A DNA stretch of 54,295 bases from an uncultured Bacilli bacterium. GTDB taxonomy: Bacteria; Bacillota_I; Bacilli_A; RF39; UBA660. A model generated the notes under the pieces. That model saw nothing but the letters and a program-made list of their open reading frames with translations, made no database searches and was not told where the DNA came from. A program made the translations under genes and the position numbers. Of the stretch, positions 28,022-38,282 are shown one piece after another (positions within the stretch are counted from its first letter, which is position 1; every line of letters begins with the position of its first letter). The DNA is taken from the NCBI GenBank assembly GCA_947624955.1, contig CANQMM010000003.1, positions 1-54,295 on the forward strand. The letters run 5' to 3'.

Positions 28022-29371
28022 ATGGATAAATTATCTTTAGAAGAAATTAAAAAATACAAGACATTTATCTTTGATCGTTTTACAGTAAATTATAAGGAAA
28101 AGGAAATAGAAATATTATATTATTATGAGATTGTTAATTTAAGGAAATTTATTCATAAATTAGTTATCCCTTGGAATAATGCAAATATTTCAAAAGATTT
28201 TGTAGAAAAGTTAGCTTTTAATATTGGGGTTTTAGAAATCGTCAGTTATTGGAAAGCTACTTTAGCGGATAAAATTATAATTAATTGTGGAGTTCTCAGC
28301 GATCGCCAAAAGGAATTCTTTAGAAAAGTCTATTACTATGGACTAGGTGAATTTTGCTATGTCAATAATATAGAGTTAAACTATCAAGACTTTGTCCATT
28401 TTGAATGTCAGGGGAAGACTTATGATGCCGAGATCACTTATGATGGTGAGGGCAGTTTAATTGCCATTGGTGGTGGTAAGGACTCGTGTGTTACTTTAAG
28501 TATTTATCCGGGACAAAATAAAAGTTGTTTCATAATTAATCCTCAAGAGGTAATGCTAGAATGTGCCTATGCTACGGGATTAGAAGATAAAGACATCTAT
28601 CAGGTCAGAAGAATTATTGATAAGAATTTATTAGAATTAAATGAAGAAGGATTTTTAAATGGGCATACACCATTTTCAGCAATGGTGGCCTTTGTCTCTT
28701 TTTTAACCGCTTATTTAAATAAGAAAAAATATATCGTTTTATCTAACGAAAGTAGTGCTAATGAAGGCAATGTTATGGGGATGAAAGTCAATCATCAATA
28801 TTCTAAATCTTATGAGTTTGAAAAAGATTTTCAAGAGTATGCTCAAGAATTTTTAAGTAAAAACATAAAATATTATTCTTTTTTAAGACCATTAAGTGAG
28901 TATCAAATAGCGATGTTATTTGCGAGAGATAAAAGATATCATAAGATATTTAAAAGCTGTAATCCCGGAAGTAAGCAAGTACCTTGGGTATGGTGTGGCG
29001 AATGCGCTAAATGTTTATTTGTGTTTGCTTTATTATCTCCTTTCTTATATAAAGAAGAGTTAGTGGATATTTTTCAACAAGACTTATTTACTAAAGAAGA
29101 ATTATTACCATTATTTAAAGAGTTACTTGGTAAAGGAGAAAAGAAACCTTTTGATTGTGTGGGGACTTTTGAAGAGATTAACTATGCAGTTACCAAAACT
29201 ATTAAAAATTTAGATAAAGATAAATTACCAACTTTGTTAAAATATTATTATGATAATTACTATGATGAAGCCATATTAAAATTAGATTTAGAACATCAAT
29301 ATTGTGAGGAGAATAGCTTAGATGTAGAAGAAAATAATTATCTAAAGGGGATTATATATAATGATAGATAA
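28022..29371 (+). CDS. murL: UDP-MurNAc-L-Ala-L-Glu epimerase
   Basis: SYWKA, GLGEF, PP-loop GGGKDS, NGHTPFSA, SNESSA, NHQYSKS, SCN, WCGECAKC and KPFDCVG; overlaps a downstream murD. Confidence 0.88.
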   Translation: MDKLSLEEIKKYKTFIFDRFTVNYKEKEIEILYYYEIVNLRKFIHKLVIPWNNANISKDFVEKLAFNIGVLEIVSYWKATLADKIIINCGVLSDRQKEFFRKVYYYGLGEFCYVNNIELNYQDFVHFECQGKTYDAEITYDGEGSLIAIGGGKDSCVTLSIYPGQNKSCFIINPQEVMLECAYATGLEDKDIYQVRRIIDKNLLELNEEGFLNGHTPFSAMVAFVSFLTAYLNKKKYIVLSNESSANEGNVMGMKVNHQYSKSYEFEKDFQEYAQEFLSKNIKYYSFLRPLSEYQIAMLFARDKRYHKIFKSCNPGSKQVPWVWCGECAKCLFVFALLSPFLYKEELVDIFQQDLFTKEELLPLFKELLGKGEKKPFDCVGTFEEINYAVTKTIKNLDKDKLPTLLKYYYDNYYDEAILKLDLEHQYCEENSLDVEENNYLKGIIYNDR

Positions 29372-30716
29372 AATAAAAGAATTACTAAATGGGAAAAAGA
29401 TAGCAATATTAGGTTTTGGGAGAGAAGGTAAATCAACTTATCAATTCATTAGAAAATATCTAGAAAATGGCGACATAACGATTATCGATATCAATGATGT
29501 AAGTAATGATGCCTTAGTTAAAGATGATGATTTAGTAAAATTTAAATATGGCGAAAACTATTTAGATAATTTAGAGGAATATGACTTAATTATAAAATCT
29601 CCGGGTATATCATTAAAGGATATAGATACAAGTAGATTAAATATTACGAGTCAGTTAGAATTATTACTAGAGGTAGCTCGAGATCACGTTATTGGCGTAA
29701 CGGGGACTAAGGGAAAAACAACGACATCGATGGTAATTTATAACATTTTAATTGATAACAATGTCAATGCAGTATTTGCCGGAAATATGGGTGTGCCGAT
29801 ATTTGATAGATTAGAAGAGATGATGGATGCCGAGTACATTGTCTTAGAAATGAGTTCGCATCAGTTAGAATTTGTGAAGGTATCGCCACATATAGGTATA
29901 ATTTTAAATCTTTTTGAAGATCATTTAGATCACGCGGGTTCTTTAGAGCATTACTATGAATGTAAAAAACAAATATTCAAGCATCAAGCAAAGAATGATT
30001 TTATGATATATTGTGCCGATAATCAAAACTTAAAGGCGATGGTAAGTCAAAATGAGTTTGCAGGAATAAAAGTTCCGGTAATGCTAGGAAATAATGATAA
30101 AGGAATTTATATTAAAGACGATAAGATTTATTATGAAGATAAGCTAATTTGTAATAGAGATATTCCTTTAAATCTAAAGGGTGAACACAACTTAGAAAAT
30201 GTGATGGTTGCTTTAGCTGTTAGTTGTATCTTAGACTTAGATATTGCCAAAACTTTAGAATCCGTCAAAAACTTTAGACCGGTTAGGTATCGGTTAGAAT
30301 TAGTAGGAGTAGTGGATGAGGTAGAGTATTACGTTGATACTTTAGCGACCATACCCCAAGCAACGGAGATGGCGATTAAAGCGATAGGAAATGTTAATAC
30401 TTTGATATTTGGAGGAATGGACCGGGGTATTTCCTACGAGGGATTTGCAGAATTTTTGAAAAACAGTTCTATCGAACATTTTATATGTATGCCGGAAACG
30501 GGGTATAAAATTGCTCAAGAGTTACCTGAAAATCAAGTTTATTTAGCGGAAACTTTAGAGGAAGCATGTAAGATTGCGAAAAAAGTAACTAAAAAGAAGA
30601 TGGCTTGTATTTTATCTCCGGCAGCAGCTTCGTATAACCAATTTAAGAATTATGCGGAAAAGGGTGATCGATTTAAGGAGTTAGTACTAGGAGAGAATTC
30701 CTTAACAAATAAATAA
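29361..30716 (+). CDS. murD: MurD-family ligase, probably L-Glu-adding MurD2
   Basis: GFGREGKS, KSPGIS, GVTGTKGKTTT, LEMSSHQL and LSPAAASYNQFKNY; coupled to murL. Confidence 0.88.
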   Translation: MIDKIKELLNGKKIAILGFGREGKSTYQFIRKYLENGDITIIDINDVSNDALVKDDDLVKFKYGENYLDNLEEYDLIIKSPGISLKDIDTSRLNITSQLELLLEVARDHVIGVTGTKGKTTTSMVIYNILIDNNVNAVFAGNMGVPIFDRLEEMMDAEYIVLEMSSHQLEFVKVSPHIGIILNLFEDHLDHAGSLEHYYECKKQIFKHQAKNDFMIYCADNQNLKAMVSQNEFAGIKVPVMLGNNDKGIYIKDDKIYYEDKLICNRDIPLNLKGEHNLENVMVALAVSCILDLDIAKTLESVKNFRPVRYRLELVGVVDEVEYYVDTLATIPQATEMAIKAIGNVNTLIFGGMDRGISYEGFAEFLKNSSIEHFICMPETGYKIAQELPENQVYLAETLEEACKIAKKVTKKKMACILSPAAASYNQFKNYAEKGDRFKELVLGENSLTNK

Positions 30717-30760
30717 TTTGATGATATAATAAAGAAAATAAAGAGTGAAGTGGAGTAAGT

Positions 30761-32635
30761 ATGGATAAGGTAGATAAGGTTTTTGAATTTAAAAATAATT
30801 TATATTTAGAAGGTAGCCCAGTAATTATTAATTCGGGTATGTTAATTAAAAGTGAAGCAGTTAATAAAGTTTATGCGAAAGTACAATTTATCAATATTAG
30901 TAAAAAAGTTATTACCGGACTAAAGGCATCTTTAAAATTTGATGACGGAGCAGAAACGGAATATAAGTATGACAACTTAAAAGTTGGTAGCGGAGCAATT
31001 TTCGGTAGTGAGGTGCTTATCGATACACCTTCTAGTGCGGTGAAATCTTTTACGGCTGGAGTTACCGAGGTAGAATTTGAAGAGGAAAAACCTTGGAAGA
31101 CAAAAAAAGATGATTGGGAACCATTACCAGTTCAAGAGAATTTAAAAAAGAAATTAGATAGTAAAGAGATAGAAATATTTAGAAGTAAATATGGGATTAA
31201 AAAGGAAATAAGTAGTGGTAAATTGTTAGTACCTATGGGGTATAAAGACTTATGGTTATGTCCTTGTGGGGGAATTCATACTACCGAGGCCGGATGTAGT
31301 CGATGTGGTTTTGAAAAAGATAAAGTCGATGTTAATTATGAGGAAATAAAAAAAGAAACTATCTATAACCGGGCTTTAGAAAAATTTAATAAGCAAAAAT
31401 ATGCTGCGGCTTTAAAGGATTTCAAACAATTAGGTGAATATAAAGATGCCCAAGAAAAATTAAGTATTTGTGATGAAAAAGTCAAAGAGAATATAAGTAA
31501 TCCAAATAGAACAAGTGATATTATCAAGAAAGTAATTAAAAAGATAATTATCTTGGTAGTCGTTATTGCTTTATTAGTTGGTCTTTATTTTGCTTTTACT
31601 CTATTAGGGGTTCCTTATTATCATTATCAAAAAGGTAATAAGTTAATGGATCAAGAAAAGTATATGGAAGCTGTAGATGAATTCAAAGAATTATCTAAAG
31701 ATTATAAAAATGTTGAGGAATTAATTGAGGATTGTTATATTAAAGAAGCTGAATTATTAATGGATGACAACGAATATAAAGAAGCTATCGATATGTATAA
31801 AAATCTAGATAAATCTGACAAACGTAGTAAATTAATCGAAGATTGTTATGTAGCTTATGTTAAGTATTTAACGGAAGATGGTCAGTATGATGAAGCATTA
31901 AAGTTAATTGAAAAACTAGAGGATGATATCGATTTTGCCGATGGAAAAAAATTAGTCTATTATTCTAGAGGTTTACAATATCAAAAAGAAGGAAAATATG
32001 ATGAAGCTTATTACGAATTTGATAATTGTAAAACATATCAGGATGCGAAAGATAAAGCTAAAGAAGTAGCTAAGTTATATGCTGATAGTATATTAGAAGA
32101 AGATCCTAAAGAAGCTATTGACTGGTATGAAAAAGCCGAAGAAACAGAATTAGTCAATAAAGCAATGTATGCTTATGTTAAAGAAAACCTCGTTGTTTAT
32201 GACGATACTACTTATAATTATTTAGTTAAGTTAGTAAAAAACAATTATGAAGATGCTAAAACTTTATATAAGAATTTATACAATATAAGTATAACGATTA
32301 AAGCTAATGATAGTTATTATAATACATCTACTTCTAAAACTTCGATACCACGTTATTATTACTATAGTGGAGCATCTTATACATCTGTATATTTTCATTA
32401 TAGATTAAGTGGTAATAAGGATGCGCTTAAAGTGAAAATTATATACGAAAATCGAAATAGTACATCAGAAAATTGGGAAATAGAATCTTCTAATAGTAAA
32501 ACATTATCTACTAATGGCTGGTCTCATTTAGAAGTATCAGATTACTATTTCTATCATAAAATTACTATTTATAATGAAGATACTGGAGAAGTTATTGCGT
32601 CAATGACTGTAAGTACTCCGGAAAGTAGTTATTAA
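30761..32635 (+). CDS. Membrane protein: Ig-like N-domain, zinc ribbon, TM and TPR-like YKDA repeats
   Basis: WLCPCG...CSRCG ribbon, central TM, repeated Y-x2-A...YKDA helices, beta-rich C-terminus. Confidence 0.6.
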   Translation: MDKVDKVFEFKNNLYLEGSPVIINSGMLIKSEAVNKVYAKVQFINISKKVITGLKASLKFDDGAETEYKYDNLKVGSGAIFGSEVLIDTPSSAVKSFTAGVTEVEFEEEKPWKTKKDDWEPLPVQENLKKKLDSKEIEIFRSKYGIKKEISSGKLLVPMGYKDLWLCPCGGIHTTEAGCSRCGFEKDKVDVNYEEIKKETIYNRALEKFNKQKYAAALKDFKQLGEYKDAQEKLSICDEKVKENISNPNRTSDIIKKVIKKIIILVVVIALLVGLYFAFTLLGVPYYHYQKGNKLMDQEKYMEAVDEFKELSKDYKNVEELIEDCYIKEAELLMDDNEYKEAIDMYKNLDKSDKRSKLIEDCYVAYVKYLTEDGQYDEALKLIEKLEDDIDFADGKKLVYYSRGLQYQKEGKYDEAYYEFDNCKTYQDAKDKAKEVAKLYADSILEEDPKEAIDWYEKAEETELVNKAMYAYVKENLVVYDDTTYNYLVKLVKNNYEDAKTLYKNLYNISITIKANDSYYNTSTSKTSIPRYYYYSGASYTSVYFHYRLSGNKDALKVKIIYENRNSTSENWEIESSNSKTLSTNGWSHLEVSDYYFYHKITIYNEDTGEVIASMTVSTPESSY

Positions 32636-32758
32636 TAAGGAAATATTTAACATAAATAAAGATAACCTTATAGCTAAAGAAAAGCTAGAGGTTATTTTTT
32701 ATTTGGATAATTTAATTAAATGATAGAGATGAATGCATATAATTATTTAGGTGGTAGT

Positions 32759-33403
32759 ATGAAGTATATGGGATATGTAGTACTTTCTTTTATGATATTA
32801 GGTTGTATATTTGTAGGAGCAAAAGATGATGATAGTAATTTTCCATTGTTAGGAAAAGTGTATGTAATTGATGCGGGACACGGTGGGAAGGACCCGGGAA
32901 CTAGTTATAAAGATATTTACGAAAAAGATATTAATTTAAATATTGCTAAGTATTTGGAAAAAGAATTAATTCAAAGAGGAGCTAGTGTAATTATGACTAG
33001 GGAGGGTGATTATGATTTAAGCTCGCCTAAAGCTAATCGAAGAAAGAAAAGCGATTTTGATAATCGAATAAAGATAATTAATGAATCTAATGCTGATTTA
33101 TATTTTAGTATCCATATTAATTATTTAAGAGATAGTAAATATAAAGGAATTCAAGTATTTTATTTACACGATAAGGATTTAGCGGTAAAGATGCAAGATA
33201 GTCTTAATGCGATATTGGGTAGTGATAGAGAAGCTAAGAAGATGGCCAATGAGTATTATATGTATGAGAAGTTAAAACTATCAGGGGTACTTATTGAATG
33301 TGGATTTTTATCTAACCCGGAAGAGCGGGAAAAATTAATAACTAATGAATATCAAAAAACAATAGCCAAAGCTATTGCTGATAGTATTAGTAAAACATAT
33401 TAG
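32759..33403 (+). CDS. cwlD: N-acetylmuramoyl-L-alanine amidase, CwlD-like
   Basis: PLLGKVYVIDAGHGGKDPG, EKDINL, RRKKSDFDNR, SIHIN and IECGFLSNPEE; CATATAAT sporulation-type -10 at 32736-32743; start moved to ATG 32759. Confidence 0.8.
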   Translation: MKYMGYVVLSFMILGCIFVGAKDDDSNFPLLGKVYVIDAGHGGKDPGTSYKDIYEKDINLNIAKYLEKELIQRGASVIMTREGDYDLSSPKANRRKKSDFDNRIKIINESNADLYFSIHINYLRDSKYKGIQVFYLHDKDLAVKMQDSLNAILGSDREAKKMANEYYMYEKLKLSGVLIECGFLSNPEEREKLITNEYQKTIAKAIADSISKTY

Positions 33404-34371
33404 AATTCGTAATATTGAAAGGGATAATTAGTAGTGTTAATTGGTAAACCGGAAGAGTAAGTAATATTAGGAATAATTTGTGCTAAGTCTTGATAACTAG
33501 AACGGTCATATAAGACATTATTAACTGCATTAATCATATTTAATGCTAGTTGGATAGCGGCCTCATAAAGATCATCAAAGGATGTAGTGAATGTTTCGTT
33601 AGTACAAGGATGGTGCCATTTTTGATGAGATTGATTCAAATAAGTGGGATTAATTTTGGGAACATAATAACTATAGGAAGATAAAACATTTTTATTGTGA
33701 TAGATAATTAAACTGATCAATTGGTATAAATATTTTTTAAAACCGGTACGATCTTGGCATAGGAAATGAAGCTTAGTTCTAGCTTGTTTATAACCTTTTA
33801 GATAGTAGTAAGCAATATTATCTTTGTTATAAGTTTTTTTGTAAGTTAAATTAATTAAATTGGATGTCGATTCTTGAAATTTAATTAAAGGTAAAGTTTC
33901 TTTAAAAACTTGAATGTTTTTTAAATCTTTTTGATAATTACGGTGATAGATATAAGCATCTAATTGCGTTTCCATTAAGGTATGCATTCCTTGATATTTT
34001 TTTGTTTCCGGCGTTTGACGGTAGATACCGGTTTTATAGAAAACGAAAGGATGGACAGTAGAGTCTAAGGCATAGTGGCAGATGGAACCATACAAGTAAG
34101 CGATAGCTTCTTGATTATCTTGTAATTTTAGATTGATAATATTTCGAATGAGATTAATAATATAACTTTGGGTATTAGAGTTGTGGGCTGTATGTCCTAG
34201 TTTATGAATAGATTTATTAGTTTTGGAATTAAGGGATTGAAAGTAATATAGAAAATCGTGACTTTGAGCAAAGATTAGGAAGTGGTCTAAAGATACTAAT
34301 TTTTTTGCATCTTCAGATAATCTTTGATACACAGCTAGAGCGTGTTCTTTATGGGTAACTGATGAGGGCAT
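33400..34371 (-). CDS. Zinc-dependent phospholipase C/P1 nuclease-fold protein
   Basis: MP...TH start, QSHDFLYY, CHYALDSTVHPFV and HTLMETQLD zinc-ligand pattern. Confidence 0.8.
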   Translation of the reverse strand: MPSSVTHKEHALAVYQRLSEDAKKLVSLDHFLIFAQSHDFLYYFQSLNSKTNKSIHKLGHTAHNSNTQSYIINLIRNIINLKLQDNQEAIAYLYGSICHYALDSTVHPFVFYKTGIYRQTPETKKYQGMHTLMETQLDAYIYHRNYQKDLKNIQVFKETLPLIKFQESTSNLINLTYKKTYNKDNIAYYYLKGYKQARTKLHFLCQDRTGFKKYLYQLISLIIYHNKNVLSSYSYYVPKINPTYLNQSHQKWHHPCTNETFTTSFDDLYEAAIQLALNMINAVNNVLYDRSSYQDLAQIIPNITYSSGLPINTTNYPFQYYEF

Positions 34372-34386
34372 AATATCACCTACTTT

Positions 34387-36078
34387 CTAATACCATAAAT
34401 TAGTTAAATTTCCATCTTCGGCATATACTTCATCCATTAAAACCACATATTTAAAGGTATCAATTACTTTGTTTTTAGGATACTTCTTGGCTACTAAACC
34501 ATATAGAGCATTTAAGGATTCAGCAATGTAGTAGTTTTTCTCATCTTCGCCGATTAAGATGGATATATGTCCCCAATAATTGAATAAGTCCCCAACTCTA
34601 ATGCGACCGGAAGCGATAAGATCATCGGTAAGCGGAAGGAATTCGGCTAGGTCGGTAAGTTGGCCGTCACTTGGAGATTCGCCTGCCCCGCGGTCACCAA
34701 CGTCAAAGCCAGCATTATATAAGGCCCAACTAACAAAGCCGGAACAGTCTAAGCCATTAGGATATTTCTTCCCCATTTTAAAGTAAGGGAGGTCATCTTC
34801 CCAAGAAATCATTTTACAACCCCACATTTGTGGGCCATAGAAGGAAGCTTCAATGGTGTCATATTTAGAACTATCGAGATATAAGCCTTTATGGTAATAT
34901 CTTCCTTCACCATCGACGTAATGTTTACCGGTATTATTTAAGCGGCCTGTTTCCCAATAATAGGAAATGCGGTAAGGGAATTCTAAAGTGAGGAATCTTG
35001 CAGCCGCGACAGCTCCGGCGCGCGTTGCATAACCGGCAGAAGCGATGCGGTATTCTAAGATTTCATCGAGTAAGCTTGCTTCTTCGTGAGTAAATTGTTC
35101 ACAATCTAAATAAGGTTTTTGATAATCGAATTCCGTAGGCATTTGGACAATAACATTTGTTAGGGTAAATTGATAAGATTTATATAATTGATCATTTACG
35201 AGAATATCTAAAGTGGCTTTATCGGAGTTAGTCGCCGTAATTTTTAAATCTTCAATTTTTAACGTAGCCGAAGAGGACTTTAAGGTAATTTTAGGATTAC
35301 CCATTTTGATGATTTTGGAACTTAAGTCGATAGTAGTGTCGAGGGCTAGATAGTTAATCGGTGTTAAGTCGATATCTAGTACTAAATCATTGATAGATAA
35401 TTCTTGGGAAACAAAACCGGTTGGATCTTTAAAATATAGTTTATGCGGTTCAATCGTCGTTGTAACAAGACATTTATTTTCCGTAAGTTCTACATAAGTT
35501 GCGGTATCGTTATTATCAAGAGCACAATAACTTTGTTCACTCGTCGGTTCGATAGCGAGTTGCATCGTGTTTTCCGTTAAATCGTAAGCGATGACCGTTA
35601 TATTTTTAATTTGGGCATTATTATAGTAGGTATTTTTAGATACTTTAAAAAATATGGTAATACTAGTTAGGGTAACTCCAAAAATAATTAGGGGAATTAA
35701 ATAGAAAAGGACATTTTTCGTTTTCTTCTCCGCAATCGGTTCTACTTTGGGAGTAGGTAGTGGAGCAGTAACGGATTTTGGAGTTTGAAGCTTTGTAGTT
35801 TGGGTTTTTGCCGGTTTGGTTTCTGGCGTTTGGTTTTTTAGTTTAGGCAAAAAGACTTCCGGAGTAGTTTTCTTGTTACTAGTCTTAGGTTTATTACTTG
35901 TAGTTTTCTTAGGAGTGAAACTTTTTAATTTAGGCAACTCAATATCGTTGCTAACCGGTTTTGGTAAACTTTTGCTACTTGGTTTTTGGGGAGCTGGCAA
36001 ATTTTTAGTACTACCTTGGGAGTTCTTATTATTCGGCTTTTTCTTGGTATTTTTATTAGTTGTTGGCATAATAATCAC
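34387..36078 (-). CDS. Membrane-anchored protein with C-terminal NlpC/P60-like cysteine peptidase
   Basis: About 120-aa K/P/T/S-rich N-tail, TM, then GLDCSGFVSWAL...GHISILIG catalytic Cys/His pattern. Confidence 0.7.
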   Translation of the reverse strand: MIIMPTTNKNTKKKPNNKNSQGSTKNLPAPQKPSSKSLPKPVSNDIELPKLKSFTPKKTTSNKPKTSNKKTTPEVFLPKLKNQTPETKPAKTQTTKLQTPKSVTAPLPTPKVEPIAEKKTKNVLFYLIPLIIFGVTLTSITIFFKVSKNTYYNNAQIKNITVIAYDLTENTMQLAIEPTSEQSYCALDNNDTATYVELTENKCLVTTTIEPHKLYFKDPTGFVSQELSINDLVLDIDLTPINYLALDTTIDLSSKIIKMGNPKITLKSSSATLKIEDLKITATNSDKATLDILVNDQLYKSYQFTLTNVIVQMPTEFDYQKPYLDCEQFTHEEASLLDEILEYRIASAGYATRAGAVAAARFLTLEFPYRISYYWETGRLNNTGKHYVDGEGRYYHKGLYLDSSKYDTIEASFYGPQMWGCKMISWEDDLPYFKMGKKYPNGLDCSGFVSWALYNAGFDVGDRGAGESPSDGQLTDLAEFLPLTDDLIASGRIRVGDLFNYWGHISILIGEDEKNYYIAESLNALYGLVAKKYPKNKVIDTFKYVVLMDEVYAEDGNLTNLWY

Positions 36079-36238
36079 ACTCTAGATAAATATAGCATAA
36101 ATTAGCATTTCCGACAACCAATAAGCGATTTTGTTTTTCACTAAATCTTCATAATTTTTTCTCAAAGTTGCCATAATAATTAACTATAATTTTATTGTTC
36201 TTTGTGGTATAATGCTATTACAATAGGTGGTGGCTGGG

Positions 36239-37183
36239 ATGCTAAAGACATTTAAAACGCTCGATGAACAAATCGAGATTTTAAAAAGTAAGGGTTTAGA
36301 AGTTGAAGATTATGAGTATACTAAAGATGTATTACTTCGGGAAAACTATTTCTTTATTAGCGGTTATAGACACCTATTCTTGAAGTCACCACAAGATAGA
36401 ATGTTTATACCGGGAACAACTTTTAGAGAGTTATATGCCCTATTTACTTTCGATAGGCAAATGAGAAATATCGTTTTTAAAAACCTTTTAATTGTTGAGA
36501 ATAATGCTAAAAGTATATTTTCTTATATGTTATCGAAGAAATATGGTATTAAAGAAAAGAGTTACTTAAATGCGTCTAACTTTAGTAGAGATCCGGAAAA
36601 GTCTAAACAGATAAATGACCTTATCAAGAAGATGAAAAGACAGATTAGAATAAATGGAGGACAACATACAGCAACGAGTCACTATATCAATAACTACGGT
36701 TATGTACCTTTATGGGTTGTGGTGAAAGTTCTATCTTTTGGAATAGTTAGTGAATTATATTCGATTTTAAAGAAAGAAGATCAAGTAGATATCGCGGATG
36801 TTTATGGAATAAAAGTAGATGATTTATTAGTATATTTACCAATATTATCTAATTACCGTAATTTATGTGCTCACGAAGATATCTTGTATGACCACCGAAC
36901 ACAAAGAAGAATTGATGATACGAAATATCATTATTATTTAGGAATTCCGATGATGGATGGAGAATATATCTATGGCAAAGATGACTTATTTGCATTAGTA
37001 ATTATTCTGAAAAGATTGTTAAGAGAAGAAGATTTTACAATGTTTATGAATGAGGTATCTTATGAAATATCTTTATTGGAAGGAAGATTACATAGTATAA
37101 GTATTCAAAAGGTTTTAGATAAGATAGGTTTTCCGCCAAATTACAAGGAAATAGTAAGGATGGATAGTTATGGAAACGAATGA
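36239..37183 (+). CDS. Abi_2 (AbiD/AbiF-like) HEPN ribonuclease family protein
   Basis: FKTLDEQIEILKSKGL N-terminus, FDRQMR, VPLWVVV...SFG, HEPN motif RNLCAH; extended -10 TGGTATAAT at 36205-36213; start moved to ATG 36239. Confidence 0.88.
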   Translation: MLKTFKTLDEQIEILKSKGLEVEDYEYTKDVLLRENYFFISGYRHLFLKSPQDRMFIPGTTFRELYALFTFDRQMRNIVFKNLLIVENNAKSIFSYMLSKKYGIKEKSYLNASNFSRDPEKSKQINDLIKKMKRQIRINGGQHTATSHYINNYGYVPLWVVVKVLSFGIVSELYSILKKEDQVDIADVYGIKVDDLLVYLPILSNYRNLCAHEDILYDHRTQRRIDDTKYHYYLGIPMMDGEYIYGKDDLFALVIILKRLLREEDFTMFMNEVSYEISLLEGRLHSISIQKVLDKIGFPPNYKEIVRMDSYGNE

Positions 37184-38282
37184 AAGAAAAACTAAATGGG
37201 GAGTTACTATCGTATTATGTATTATTTGTATCTGTGTTGGAGCAATAGTCATGTATGGCTTATTCTATTTTTTCCCAACCAAGTTATCTTCTGTAACCAA
37301 TATTAATAAGTTAGAAAAAGAGGTAACTGTTAATGAAAATGGTATTAGCGATGCAGTAGAGAAGATTTATGATGCGGTTGTAGTAGTAGAAACTTATAAT
37401 AATGGTCGAGGTATTGCAAGTGGAACTGGGTTTGTTTATAAACTAACAGGTAACGGTTATGCTTATATCTTGACTAATAACCACGTTATTGAAGATGGTA
37501 ATGAAATTTATGTGACTTTTACGGATGGGAAAAGAGTTAGAACAAATATAATAGGTAGCGATTCCTATGCGGACATTGCAGTTTTATCGGTAAGTGAAGA
37601 TGCAATTATCTCAGTAGCGGAATTAGGTAGTAGTGTAGATGCTAAAGTAGGAGATACGGTGTTTGCTACGGGAGCACCGCTTGATAGTGCGACATATTCT
37701 TGGACAGTTACAAGAGGAATTGTATCCGGTAAAGATAGAATGGTCGAGGTAAGTACGGATAGTAGTAATTCCGCCGATTGGATTATGAAAGTATTGCAAA
37801 CAGATGCGGCGATTAATTCAGGGAATAGTGGTGGGCCACTAGCTAATTCTAACGGTCAAGTAATTGGAATTAATTCCTTAAAATTAGCATCGACGGGAGT
37901 AGAAGGTATGGGATTTGCCATTCCAATTGAGGACGCTCTAGCGATTGCTGAGAAACTAGAAAAAGGGGAAAAGATTGTTAGACCAGTTCTAGGTATATCA
38001 ATGTATGATGTTAGAAATACCGCTTATGTGACCCATTATGGAATAGTGGTTCCTGATGATGTAAATGCTGGAGTGGTAATTGCTAGTATCGAAAGAGGTT
38101 CGAGTGCCGAAAAAGCCGGGTTAAAAGTCGATGATATAATCGTTAAAATGGGAGATGCAGATATAACATCTGTAGCAATGTTAAGATATCAATTATATAA
38201 ATACGAAGTCGGAGATAAAGTGGAGGTAACTTACTACCGGGATGGAAGTAAGCGGACGGCTACAGTGACGTTGACAAATTAA
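37170..38282 (+). CDS. htrA: HtrA family serine protease with PDZ domain
   Basis: N-terminal TM, TNNHV, DIAVL, QTDAAINSGNSGGPL and a C-terminal PDZ. Confidence 0.95.
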   Translation: METNERKTKWGVTIVLCIICICVGAIVMYGLFYFFPTKLSSVTNINKLEKEVTVNENGISDAVEKIYDAVVVVETYNNGRGIASGTGFVYKLTGNGYAYILTNNHVIEDGNEIYVTFTDGKRVRTNIIGSDSYADIAVLSVSEDAIISVAELGSSVDAKVGDTVFATGAPLDSATYSWTVTRGIVSGKDRMVEVSTDSSNSADWIMKVLQTDAAINSGNSGGPLANSNGQVIGINSLKLASTGVEGMGFAIPIEDALAIAEKLEKGEKIVRPVLGISMYDVRNTAYVTHYGIVVPDDVNAGVVIASIERGSSAEKAGLKVDDIIVKMGDADITSVAMLRYQLYKYEVGDKVEVTYYRDGSKRTATVTLTN

